Shown: positions 1-12,387 of the stretch, in pieces
Numbering within the stretch: position 1 is the stretch's first letter
Layout of the letters: each line of letters opens with the position of its first letter
NCBI GenBank assembly: GCA_002269645.1
Contig: NIVC01001079.1
Location: 124,001 to 188,000 of the forward strand
From: Macrostomum lignano
Taxonomy: Eukaryota
Length of the DNA stretch: 64,000 nucleotides
Reading direction: 5' to 3'
Position numbers and translations under genes: made by a program
Notes under the pieces: generated by a model
Told to the model about the DNA's origin: nothing
Database searches by the model: none
Seen by the model: the letters and a program-made list of their open reading frames with translations, nothing else

Positions 1-48
1 GCGAAACCTTGGCGAGTAGGTGAATAACTGGATTAATCAGTGCCTTTA

Positions 49-570
49 TAAGTGCCTCCAGTATCCACCACAGCTGGCAGAAGTCCTGAATCCTCATCAG
101 TAAGACAAGCCTTCATCTGTCTATAAGTGCCTCCAGTATCCTCCACAGCTGGCAGAAGTCCTGAATCCTCATCAGTAAGACAGCCTTCATCTGTCTATAC
201 ATGTAAGTGCCTCCAGTATCCACCACAACTGGCAGAAGTCCTGAATCCTCATCAGTAAGACAGCCTTCATCTGTCTATAAGTGCCTCCAGTATCCACCAC
301 AGCTGGCAGAAGTCCTGAATCCTCATCAGTAAGACAGCCTTCATCTGTCTATAAGTGCCTCCAGTATCCACCACAGCTGGCAGAAGTCCTGAATCCTCAT
401 CAGTAAGACAGCCTTCATCTGTCTATAAGTGCCTCCAGTATCCGCCACAGCTGGCAGAAGTTATGAATCCTCATCAATAAGACAGCCTTCATCTGTCTAA
501 GTGCCTCCAGTATCCATCACAGCTGGCAGAAGTTATGAATCCTCATCAGTAAGACAACCTTCATCTGTGA
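49..570. repeat. 74-bp tandem repeat, ~7 copies (intronic)
   Basis: Unit aagtgcctccagtatccaccacagctggcagaagtcctgaatcctcatcagtaagacagccttcatctgtctat; period checked at 281 and 355. Confidence 0.95.
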
Positions 571-949
571 ATAAGTGCTAATATCAGTAATAGTCCCGAT
601 AAAGAGGAATTAGACAAGCTAATAGAGCGGCAATTAGCCAAGATCTTTTAAACAAATTAAACTAGCTGTATAATAACCCTGGGGATAGGAAATTCAATTA
701 TCAGGAACAGAGTGACGCAAATTAGCATTGGCAACGTGCCAGCAGTGCTGATGACTGCCTTTTGAAAGACAAAAAAAAGATTAATCAAATTCACAAAGTC
801 GATTAAATTGCGTTCAAAAAGCGAAAAAAGATCCGTGCCACAGCAAGATAAGGAAAGCGAAGGAAAACCGCAATTTAAAAAATGAGGTCAAATAATACAC
901 ACAAAGAACTTAAATTCGAATTTTTTAAAACAAATTCCTGCCAGACATT

Positions 950-1295
950 TTCCTGCCAGTGACATTTGCCTGTCAGTGACATTTGCCTGTCAGTGACATA
1001 CGACTGTCAGTGACATTTGCCTGTCAGTGACATTTGCCTGTCAGTGACATACGACTGTCAGTGATATTCGACTGCCAGAAACATTGGACTGCCAGTGACA
1101 TTTGCCTACCAGTGACATTTGTCTATCAGTGACATTTGCCTACCAGTGACATTTGCCTACCAGTGACATTTTCCTGTCAGTGATATTCGACTGCCAGTGA
1201 CATTTGCCTACCAGTGACATTTGTCTATCAGTGACATTTGCCTACCAGTGACATTTGCCTATCAGTGACATTTGCCTACCAGTGACATTTGCCTG
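950..1295. repeat. 17-bp minisatellite
   Basis: Unit gacatttgcctgtcagt and variants; contains the dyad TGTCA-G-TGACA. Confidence 0.9.
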
Positions 1296-2259
1296 CGAAC
1301 CGTAGCTTTAAACCTGAATTTAGACTACGCGTGAATCCAAACCCGAATTTAAACCTCAAACTAAACGCTATGTTCTTTACGCGTATAATTTTGCTACCCC
1401 AATACTATAGTAGCAAGTGAAGTTAATAACTGTTAAAAATGAGATAAAAAAACAAGGCCCAGCATAAACTTACAGATATCGCGTCTTTAAATTTGCTACT
1501 ATTACTAAAAAGGTATAAGAAAAAATGCAACAGAGTTTAATTGGCAAACACACCTAACCTCCAGGGGAAAGGCACCTGGCTAATGCAAGTTAAAAAAGCA
1601 ATTTTAGCATACAATAGCTAGTCACAGCAAAAACTGTACAGCAACCATGCAAAACTATCTTTTGTTAAAGCAATTAGCAACTATGACTAAGTTAAACTAT
1701 TCAATACTAAGGCAAACACACATACACACACACACAACTTACACTCCATATCAATATTTGAGGCCTTCCGTAGCTGCACATTTGATACAGAGAATTCACT
1801 AATAGACACAATGGTAGTGAGGCACAGTATGGTCTAAGTCAAGCACAGATGAGAACTGACAAGCTGATAAATGGAAGTTGATTAGAGAAGTTACGAGACT
1901 AAAGATAGCGAGTAGCGACTAAAAGCAGACCTATACTGAGCGCTTAGAAGCGGATATATTTATGAATTTTCATCGGCTGTTAACGTCGGCAACGAAGGGG
2001 CGGGCTAGTGAAACTGCGCGTGGAACAGAACAAAAAAGATATTAAAAAACTTTAATGCTGTATCAAGTTATAGAATTGCGCAAAACAACTGATAGAGGCT
2101 AGATGCTGCATCACTTAACCGATTAGGATTAAAATACTGCAGTTGGAAGCTGCTGACTTCATAGCTTCAATCTTATTTTATACTATTATTGCATTATTTT
2201 ATATACTGCTATATTAATTATCACATTGAAAGCAAACAGCTCTAGGAAACTAAGAGTAT

Positions 2260-2909
2260 AGCAACTGGGGATCTGGGAGGCTGGCCCAGCAACTGGGGAT
2301 CTGGGAGGCTGGCCCAGCAACTGGGGATCTGAGAGGCTGGCCCAGCAACTGAGGATCTGGGAGGCTGGCCCAGCAATTGAGGATCTGGGAGGCTGGCCCA
2401 ACAACTGAGGATCTGGGTGGCTGGCCCAGCAACTGGGGATCTGGGAGGCTGGCCCAGCAACTGGGGATCTGGGAGGCTGGCCCAGCAACTGGGGATCTGA
2501 GAGGCTGGCCCAGCAACTGAGGATCTGGGAGGCTGGCCCAGCAATTGAGGATCTGGGAGGCTGGCCCAACAACTGGGGATCTGAGAGGCTGGCCCAGCAA
2601 CTGAGGATCTGGGAGGCTGGCCCAGCAATTGAGGATCTGGGAGGCTGGCCCAACAACTGAGGATCTGGGTGGCTGGCCCAGCAACTGGGGATCTGGGAGG
2701 CTGGCCCAGCAACTGGGGATCTGGGAGGCTGGCCCAGCAACTGGGGATCTGAGAGGCTGGCCCAGCAACTGAGGATCTGGGAGGCTGGCCCAGCAATTGA
2801 GGATCTGGGAGGCTGGCCCAACAACTGAGGATCTGGGTGGCTGGCCCAGCAACTGAGGATCTGGGAGGCTGGCCCAGCAACTGAGGATCTGGGAGGCTGG
2901 CCTAGCAAC
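2260..2909. repeat. 28-bp minisatellite, ~23 copies
   Basis: Unit gcaactggggatctgggaggctggccca; explains the three spurious minus-strand ORFs at 2186-2908. Confidence 0.95.
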
Positions 2910-2943
2910 TCATACTTTACAAGAACATGAGGAGTAAACTCAC

Positions 2944-5900
2944 CGAACAGGGGTTCAGCTTCAACCGGGCGGTAGTCAGACTCTCTCTGCAGGACTCCAA
3001 CGATCTGATAGCGGCCAGAGCAGTCGCCTTAGCAACCAGGACGTCTCTATCCAGACAGGCCAGCTGACGAGACTGCTGCTCAGCCGCCTCAGTGGCAGCC
3101 GGTTTACCACCAGGCAGAGAATCAATCAGCGACTCCAGACCGGAAAATGCTGCCCCAAGGCTGACTGACAGCTCGCGCAAACTCGGCGCCGAAGCGTCGC
3201 CAGCGCCAGGCGGACGACTGGCAGCGCCGCTGGCTTGATAAGCGACAGGAGCTGGGAAGTAGCTGACGTTTCCGCTCGAATGCGATTTGCTCACCTTGCG
3301 GTTGGCAACCGGAGCGAGGCGATCAGACTGCTCCATCGGCTGCTCAGAATGATTGGCAGATTGCGATTTCTGATGCAGTCCCTGCTGCTGTTGCTGCTGC
3401 TGCTGCTGATGGTCTTGCAGGGCCTGGTCGCAGGACTGACAGCCGTAGATATCGGGCAGGGAAGCCGGGTTGAACTGGAATTAAATGGTTTTAAAATTGA
3501 TACCGTGGGAGGTTGGGGAATCAATGATCGAATTTTGGGAGAATCGGAAGACAAATTTTCAATTCGGATTTAAAATTTGACCTTCCCAATGCGAGTGAAA
3601 TTCAAGATCCCAAGTTCTGTGAAAGTAAAAACTGTGGAATTACGAAATATTCAGCAAATTTATGGAAATCAGACCCCATATTCGGTAAATTTATGGAAAT
3701 CAGACCCCATATTCGGTAAATTTATGGAAATCAGACCCCATATTCGGTAAATTTATGGAAATCAGACCCCATATTCGGTAAATTTATGGAAATCTGACCC
3801 CATATTCGGTAAATTTATGGAAATCAGACCCCATATTCGGTAAATTTATGGAAATCTGACCCCATATTCGGTAAATTTATGGAAATCTGACCCCATATTC
3901 GGTAAATTTATGGAAATCTGACCCCATATTCGGTAAATTTATGGAAATCTGACCCCATATTCGGTAAAATGATGGAAATCTGACCCCATATTCGGTAAAA
4001 TTATGAAAATCAGACCCCATATTCGGTAAAATTATGGGAATCTGACCCCATATTCGGTAAAATTATGGAAATCTGACCCCATATTCGGTAAAATTATGGG
4101 AATCTGACCCCATATTCGGTAAAATTATGGAAATCTGACTTCATATTCGGTAAATTTATGGAAATCTGACCCCATATTCGGTAAATTTATGGAAATCTGA
4201 CCCCATATTCGGTAAATTTATGGAAATCTGACCCCATATTCGGTAAATTTATGGAAATCTGACCCCATATTCGGTAAATTTATGGAAATCTGACCCCATA
4301 TTCGGTACATTTATGGAAATCAGACCCCATATTCGGTAAATTTATGGAAATCTGACCCCATATTCGGTAAATTTATGGAAATCTGACCCCATATTCGGTA
4401 AATTTATGGAAATCAGACCCCATATTCGGTAAAATTATGGGAATCTGACCCCATATTCGGTAAAATTATGGAAATCAGACCCCATATTCGGTAAAATTAT
4501 GGAAATCTGACCCCATATTCGGTAAATTTATGGAAATCTGACCCCATATTCGGTAAATTTATGGAAATCTGACCCCATATTCGGTAAATTTATGGAAATC
4601 TGACCCCATATTCGGTAAATTTATGGAAATCTGACCCCATATTCGGTAAATTTATGGAAATCTGACCCCATATTCGGTAAATTTATGGAAATCTGACCCC
4701 ATATTCGGTAAAATGATGGAAATCTGACCCCATATTCGGTAAAATTATGGAAATCAGACCCCATATTCGGTAAAATTATGGGAATGTGACCCCATATTCG
4801 GTAAATTTATGGAAATCTGACCCCATATTCGGTAAATTTATGGAAATCTGACCCCATATTCGGTAAATTTATGGAAATCTGACCCCATATTCAGTAAATT
4901 TATGGAAATCTGACCCCATATTCGGTAAATTTATGGAAATCTGACCCCATATTCGGTAAATTTATGGAAATCTGACCCCATATTCGGTAAAATTATTGAC
5001 ATCGGATCCCATATTTGAATCTTGCTTGCAAATATTTGCTTTCAAATATTATAAAGAAGCCTGTTCTGATTCTTGAATTCAAAAAAAATTCTCGTCAATT
5101 CCATTTTAAAGTATTCCTTTTAAGCGAAACCTACTTTAGCAAAAAGCATCTCTCTGTGTTTGAGAATTTGTTTCAATTTTATTTCTTTAGCGAAAGCTTT
5201 CAAGCAATTAACATTACCCCAAACTCCGCTACATCCTACATGTATACAAACGAAAACTTGATCAACTAAAAAGCATAGCCACTCACATTGCCAAGCTGTT
5301 TGCACTGATCCGAACAGAATTCCGCTACAGCTCGAATTCTCGTCACCCAATACTGCCTCTCCTTGGCGTCGTTGGCTGCGGGAATATTTGCACTACTTAC
5401 AGTAGGTCGGTAAAAGAATAAATTCATGGCTGTGGGGATATTTGCACTCTACTAACAGTAGGCCGGTAAAAGAATAAATTCATGGCTGCGAGGATTTTTG
5501 CACTCTACTAACAGTAGGTCGGTAAAAGAATAAATTCACGACTGCGGGAATATTTGCACTCTACTAACAGTAGGTCGGTAAAAGAATAAATTCATGGCTG
5601 CGGGGATTTTTGCACTCTACTAACAGTAGGTCGGTAAAAGAATAAATTCATGGCTGCAGGAATATTTGCACTCTCTAAGAATCAATTCATTTCTAATATA
5701 ACGTTAAAAGTAAATTGATATACAGACTTCAAACGCCATTAAACTACGCAGATGCAGTAGTCTTAAAAACATTTTTCATATAGGCAAAATGTACATGAAA
5801 AAAGCAGACCGCTCACCCCTTAGTTTGAATACTTCTCCTGTGTTAGCGTTGACGCTAAAAGTTTGTGAATCCTCTTCGCTAGGGGTGACAATTGCGAACT

Positions 5901-7569
5901 GAAAAAAATATGTGCATTTTAAATATGCAGCGTGTGCATTGAGCAACGTACAGTTTGAGCATTTTATCTTTAAACTGACTGCTAAGCTTATCTATACATT
6001 ATAATCAACGAGCAACACAGTGCTTTAGTAGGCCTTATATTAATCACAGTCAGTCAGAACTAATAGTAATTCAATTATGTTAACAAGGCTCACAGTCAAT
6101 GGCAGTTCGCCACGCCTTTTCAGACCTCTGTGCTCTTCTTTCTGCAAATTAATAATCAACCATATAGTATGAATCCTGTGACAGACAAGTTTGATAAAAA
6201 TGAAAAATTATCGAGCTTGCCTCATAGTACTCAAGTAATCCGGCCTCAGAGTTGAGCACAACCCAGCGTGGCTGGTAACCCTTGACAACGTTTGTAAATT
6301 TTAACAAATTACCCTCAATGCGCTTCCTGTAATACAGTGTTAAAGATATGAATTATACGCTCCATGATTGTCACTCTCCAACTGCCTGATTGTCACTCTC
6401 CTATCTGCCTGCCTGTCACTTTCCCACTACCTGGCTTTCACTCTCCTAACTGCCTGATTGTCACTCTTCTAACTGCCTGACTGTCACTCTCCCACTGCCT
6501 GACTGTCACTCTCCTGCCTGACTGTCACTCTCCCACTGCCTGACTGTCACTCTCCTAACTGCCTGACTGTCACTCTCCTAACTGCCTGACAGTCACTCTC
6601 CCACTGCCTGACTGTCACTCTGCTAACTGCCTGACTGTCACTCTCCCACTGCCTGACTGTCCCTCTCCCACTGCCTGACTGTCCCTCTCCCACTGCCTGA
6701 CTGTCCCTCTCCCACTTCCTCACTGTCAATCTCCCACTGCCTGACTGTCCCTCTCCCACTGCCTGACTGTCCCTCTCCCACTGCCTGACTGTCCCTCTCC
6801 CACTGCCTGACTGTCCCTCTCCCACTGCCTGACTGTCCCTCTCCCACTTCCTCACTGTCAATCTCCCACTGCCTGACTGTCACTCTCCTAACTGCCTGAC
6901 AGTCACTCTCCCACTGCCTGATTGTCCCTCTCCCACTGCCTGCCTGTTACTCTGCTAACTGCCTGACTGTCACTCTCCCACTGCCTGACTGTCCCTCTCC
7001 CACTGCCTGACTGTCCCTCTCCCACTGCCTGACTGTCCCTCTCCCACTGCCTGACTGTCACTCTGCTAACTGCCTCATAGTCATAGTCACTCTCAAACTG
7101 CCTGACTTTCACTCTGCTAACTGCCTGACTGTCACTCTGCTAACTGCCTCATAGTCATAGTCACTCTCAAACTGCCTGACTTTCACTCTGCTAACTGCCT
7201 GACTGTCACTCTGCTAACTGCCTCATAGTCATAGTCACTCTCCCACTGATTTGTTCTCTCTTGATTGTCCCTTGCCCAGTGCCTAGTTGTCAATATTTTT
7301 TTGCTATCTGAATGGAAAATAAAAACAAAAAACAAATGGCCACTCACCTTAAGCACAGCAACTCTTCTTCTTTTTCAAATTTCTACAGGTAAGAAAGAAT
7401 TTAAACAAAAAGACTTTAGTGGCATTCTCAAGCATAAACAAAGCTAAATAAACAAATAAAGATACCAAGCCTTTACCTTTGCTTGTTGCATAACCAATTT
7501 TAATTGTTGTTTTTCAAACTGTGTGAGATTTTGCATCTCAGCCAGGGAATTATCAAAGTCAGTGTCCAT
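2944..7569 (-). CDS. OSBPL11: Oxysterol-binding protein-related protein, ORP9/10/11 subfamily (N-terminal part; the lipid-binding ORD lies left of the window)
   Basis: Minus-strand exons 7477-7569, 7348-7382, 6221-6326, 6094-6141, 5817-5898, 5287-5375 and 2944-3474 join in consistent phase (0,2,0,0,1,0,0). They give the PH domain KRIEGNLLKFTNVVKGYQPRWVVLNSEAGLLEYYE...FAIVTPSEEDSQTFSVNANTGEVFKLRANDAKERQYWVTRIRAVAE and the motif LDRDVLVAKATALAAIRSLESC, matching ORP10/11 (LDQDLLLLKATS..T..CL..C). One intron is GC-AG. Confidence 0.88.
3655..4995. repeat. 31-bp minisatellite, ~43 copies
   Basis: Unit atttatggaaatctgaccccatattcggtaa. Confidence 0.95.
5374..5675. repeat. 56-bp tandem repeat containing the ORP exon splice acceptor
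   Basis: Period 56 (5428, 5484, 5540, 5596, 5652); on the minus strand each unit ends in a variant of ...tgcaaatattcccgcag|cc. Confidence 0.9.
6365..7250. repeat. ~22-bp minisatellite
   Basis: Core ctgcctgactgtcactctccca. Confidence 0.9.
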
Positions 7570-9232
7570 CAAACAGACAGATGCCCACTTACTAGTATTT
7601 TAATCATTAAAATATAGACATATTAATTGGATCCTCAGGGGCTTAGGTCTTAGCAACTATTATTGTTAAAATAGGATTATAGAAATTAATATACATCTGG
7701 AATGAATATTTTTATTTGCCATTTAATAGCTTTATTTTTAATATAAATTACATAGCTAAGATAAATATGATTCTTTAATATTGACCCAAAAATGCTTTTA
7801 ACTTGTAAAAATATTTACAAGTAAATAAGTTAACTACTAAGTTAATATAAAGAAAAAGTTAAATTAGAAAACAAATTAGTGGAGTTCAATGAAATTTAGG
7901 TTAAGAATTTTGCTTTAAAAAAAATTGAGTTAATATAAAAAAATAAATTTCAAATACATAATTTAAAACTTAAAATAATATTATAATATTCAATAAAAAA
8001 ACTTAGCTATGCCCTATAGTTTAGATAATGGTAGGTGTATGCGAGAATGAAAATTGAAGTTTTTTTATTTTATGCTAATGTAAATTAACTTTATTACCAG
8101 CTCATATTAGGGATTATAACTATTTTTGCCCAAAAACTAGATTTTTTATAAGTATCTGTAATGTAATTTTTTTACTTGAACTATTTCTATGTTTATTATG
8201 TTATTTCATTTTTACCTTTTTATCTATTATCTATTGCGCAGAATAAATCTAGCCTTTATTCTACCCCCTTGCTCCCCCTTATCCTTTTGCTCTAACACAG
8301 AATAGTAATATAGCCAATAAGCCAAAACCTTAGCAAAAAGACCTTAAAATATCAGTTTTAGGCCTAAAATACATAGGGGATTATAAAAATGTTTGTTATA
8401 ACAAATTTAATTCCTCTTTCTCCTTATAAGTGGAATAGTACATAAAATTTCTTAAATTTAATTTTCTAAAGTTGTTTCCTAATTGGGAGCAATCAAGCTA
8501 AGCTGTTGAAAAAGTAATAATAATGAAAATTTTGTCAAACTTTTTACCACATTTAATATCAAGATTAGTTAAGAATTGAAAAAAAACATTTAATATTTAA
8601 ATAATATGATATTATTATATTTTTAACTTATAAACTATTTCTATACTTATTTATTAAATGATTCAAAGATTGGCCATTAAAATTAAATATATAATAATAA
8701 TATTAAATGGCCATTTTTATACTAAGGCAACTATATATACTTATATTTTATCTAAAAATTCTATATAATAAAAAGTATATCATATATTATATATGCAATG
8801 GCATAGGATTATAGCCATAGGCCTAGTTTTTTTGGTAATAAAAGATTTTAATGATAATAGACATGGTCATTATGGTAAAAAACAAAACTTTAATGAGATA
8901 TTTTAGATAGAAATATTTTATCTTAAAACTTATGTCATAGCTATACTGCTATAGGCATAAGGTCTATAGTATAAGTAGGCCTAATAGTTATTATTTTAAA
9001 GGTTAGGCTGGGCCCTATGTAAAAAAGTTAACTATTGTTTCATTATTTAGGCTTACTAGCCCCTAGGCCTACTAAACTAGATTTAGGTTTACACCATTTA
9101 TAGCCTAGCCTAGGCTAGGCCTATATACAAAATATAAACATTAACAAAATAACTATACAATGTAATATTTGAAATTCCTGTCATTTCAAAAGTATTAATA
9201 TTATGACTGTATACTATAGTACTATTTAAGAA

Positions 9233-10162
9233 GGCAGTGCTTATCCCCACGGTACCGTAGGAATAATTTCTGTCTTATTCCAACGGTACCGTGGGGATAA
9301 TTTTCTGCTTATCCGCACGGCACACTGACGAGATAGCTGCCCATCTTCTACATATGCCGTGGGTTCATAATTTAGGGGTCTCCCTAAAACACGCACCGCC
9401 CCGCCCCACAGCGCTACACGTTAAAACAAATTGGACTATAACTGAAGACATTTCAAAATGCGTTTTATGTTAAGCTTTAAGCTTTTATAAAATTTAGTTT
9501 TTTTACTTTAAAATATTAAATTCGGTGTATAATAAGTGATACAATTAATAATATTAATAAAATAATAATAATTTAATTTAATAATGCAAACAAGAATATG
9601 AAAAATAATAATAATATTTAAAGTAATAATTAAAGTTGATTATAGCATTGACAAAAATGTTATAATGTGTAGCGGTCGGGGCGGTGCGGTGCGTGTTTTA
9701 GGGAGACCCTAATTTAGTTTAGTACTTACGGTTTGAGTGCAATATAACAACATAACTTTGCTTGGCTATTATTTTGATAGAAGTAAAGATTTAATGGCCT
9801 TTTTACGCAAAAAACACTTTTTTGTATTTATGACGTATGATTAAGGATGAATTGCTCTAGTCATTGTTTACAATGTAAGAACTTTTAGCAACTAGTCTAA
9901 TCCCGACATCCCCGAAAAGTCCATTGCCTCTGCTTCTGTAGACTTCTTACTAGACATGTAAATTCTCAATTTGTTTGTATAGATTATTGCATTGCTTCAA
10001 CAATTCACCCGTGCGGATAAGCAGAAAATTATTCCCACGGCATATGTAGATGGGGCAGCTATCTCGTCAATGTGCCGTGCGGATAAGCTGAAAATTATCC
10101 CCACGGTACCGTTGGAATAAGACAGAAATTATTCCTACGGTACCGTGGGGATAAGCACTGCC
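9233..10162. mobile_element. 930-bp non-autonomous TIR element (MITE), 9-bp TSD, Mutator-like
   Basis: ~130-bp TIRs starting GGCAGTGCTTATCCCCACGGTACCGT, first ~70 bp identical between ends. Direct repeat ATTTAAGAA at 9224-9232 and 10163-10171. Superfamily inferred from TSD length only. Confidence 0.9.
9376..9709. mobile_element. 334-bp MITE with 8-bp TSD nested inside the 930-bp element
   Basis: TIR GGGTCTCCCTAAAACACGCACCGC; direct repeat TAATTTAG at 9368-9375 and 9710-9717; AT-rich core. Confidence 0.88.
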
Positions 10163-11983
10163 ATTTAAGAAATTCACAAACTTTTCTTATGAAGACAGAA
10201 GACTGAGACTGAGAGTGTTTGTTTTGTTGCTGTTGCAGAAGTAGCTTGTTGTTAAAATGACTAGCCTATTTGCCAACAAAACATCGATTACTAAAACAAT
10301 TTATCGCCAAAATAACCTGCATCTATGCCAAGATTCTCAGTGCTAAACTGAACATTTACAGCTGAATTTTGACCATTGAACCCTTAACCCTTAGCTAGCT
10401 AACCCACTTAGAAGGGTGGTGCAGTGCGTCTCAAGCCATTGAAGCCAATGGCAATGATGGCTAAATACTACTGTATTTTTAATTTGTTGTAAAAAAACTC
10501 TGAAAATTATTATAAAAATAAAACACTAGCTGTTTACTGACATTTTAATAATGCAATAAAGTTGAACTTGTTTTACTTACACTGTGTTATACGACGTAAA
10601 AGTTATAACACAGTGCTTAAACAAAATAATTTAGGCCCTATTAATAATTTACGAAAAGTGCTATGCCAAATTGACATCATTAATTAAAATTTACACTTGT
10701 GAATTTTAATTTACGATTACCTGATAGTAAGTTAATCAAGTTTATTTAATTATTAGGGCCTAAGGCCTTGCTTGAACTGGGACTTGAATTAAGTTGACAT
10801 CTTAGAATTCATCTTCGTGACTATCAAATTGTAAGTAGGCCTAGGCCTAGGCCTATTATTTCAAATTGGATCACATTGTATTGTGTATATCTAATATTAT
10901 TGTATTGATAGTAGGCCTAGCAAGTTTTCAATTATGCCATACCTAATAATACCCTGATTCTCAGTCTTTATTCTCAGTCTCAATCTTTATTGCATTTTTT
11001 AATCCATTACTAATAATTATGGATTATTAGGCCTAGTCTTAGGCCTAGGCTACTCTGTCTTTTCTTTTTTAGGGCCTAACTATTGTGTAAGGCCTAGTGT
11101 CTTGTGTTAAATGACTGATATGAGTTTTTAATATATTGTAGTCTTTTTTAGGTGTTGAACAAGTGTAGATCCAAAAAAATTGATTGGGGAGACAGTAGGC
11201 CTAGTACTAGGCCTAGGCCCTAGGGAAATACAAATTGTAAGGCCTATGTGCCTCTCCTCTATGCTTAGCTCAGGAAGGTGGCAGAGGCATACTAGAATTG
11301 AAGATGAGCAAAGCTACCAATTCACACCAAGTATGCCAACATTTAAGGTCAACTGTTTTCATGTATATCAATATACATGCGCAACTGCTAGCCGACCTGG
11401 CCGATCCGGCCACTATAAATTGTGGTGGACCAGAGGTAAGTTGCAAAAATGCCCACCCCAAAGAATACATATGGAGTACTAATTAGATGATGAGGCATTT
11501 AGCCTTTATAAGACACTCATAGTTACTCCTGCCATTTACTCAAAATTGTGTTAATTTTGCTTTAGGTTTTCTTTCACAGGTAAGTCGCATTTTTGGTCAA
11601 AAAGTAAGTCGCATGGCAAGTGTAAATTAGGAGGGTTGCACATATATATATATCAAGTGGGCAAAATTTTAATGACCCTTTTTATTATGCATATCAAATA
11701 TACTAGGCCCCTAGGCCTAATGTTTTTAGCCCTACTTTGCTAACTACCCCCATATGGCCATACCCAAGTAGTGTCCTGGAATTTAGCATCACACTATTTA
11801 CATTATGGAAAACCTTGCTTGCTTGAAGAAAATATCTCAACAATAGTATACTAGGAAAAAAGCAAATAAGTTCACAATTGTCTCCCATAAGACTTTAGCT
11901 TTACTCCTACTTAGCATCTTGCTCCTGTTTGCCAACAAATAGATACATATGTCACTTCACTTTGACACCCATCTACATACATA

Positions 11984-12137
11984 CGCAACTTTGGGATTCA
12001 CTCGGCCGTTTCTATTGGCAACACACGCATGTAAGTTGCAATTGGACAGAACAGTAGCCACGTGACTGCTCTCAGCCAATAGCAACTTACATGCGTGTGT
12101 TGCCAATAGAAATGGCCGGGTGAATCCCAAGGTTGCG
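11984..12137. other. 154-bp palindrome (62-bp arms, 30-nt loop); hairpin RNA or tiny MITE
   Basis: Arms differ at 4 positions; loop contains CACGTG; arms carry CCAAT/ATTGG. Confidence 0.8.
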
Positions 12138-12387
12138 CCCAAGCATGCCCATCTACAACTGCAATTTTGCTCAACCTTATTTGAATGGCTTTCCAACCTT
12201 TAAACAATTAATTATTACAACTTACATTGACCCTCCCTTGTTGGTTATAATATACAATAATACTATAAGTATAGCTGTATAGGCTTAGCCTAGTATAATA
12301 TAGTGCATGCCCAATATTGTAATCTAATTTTGGTGATAAAAAACAGAAAGTGACTAGTCTTATTGTTACCATTTAACTAATAGTATA

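Noticed and set aside
1-28. Possible next ORP exon at the window edge
   Set aside because: Only ~27 nt are visible and the frame is ambiguous.
570-1870. Possible extra minus-strand exons or nested membrane-protein gene (GTAAGT donors at ~1473 and ~1742; hydrophobic short frames)
   Set aside because: Could not be joined into a coherent, recognisable product.
7600-9230. Possible NUMT in the very AT-rich block
   Set aside because: No recognisable mitochondrial protein, rRNA or tRNA motifs on either strand.
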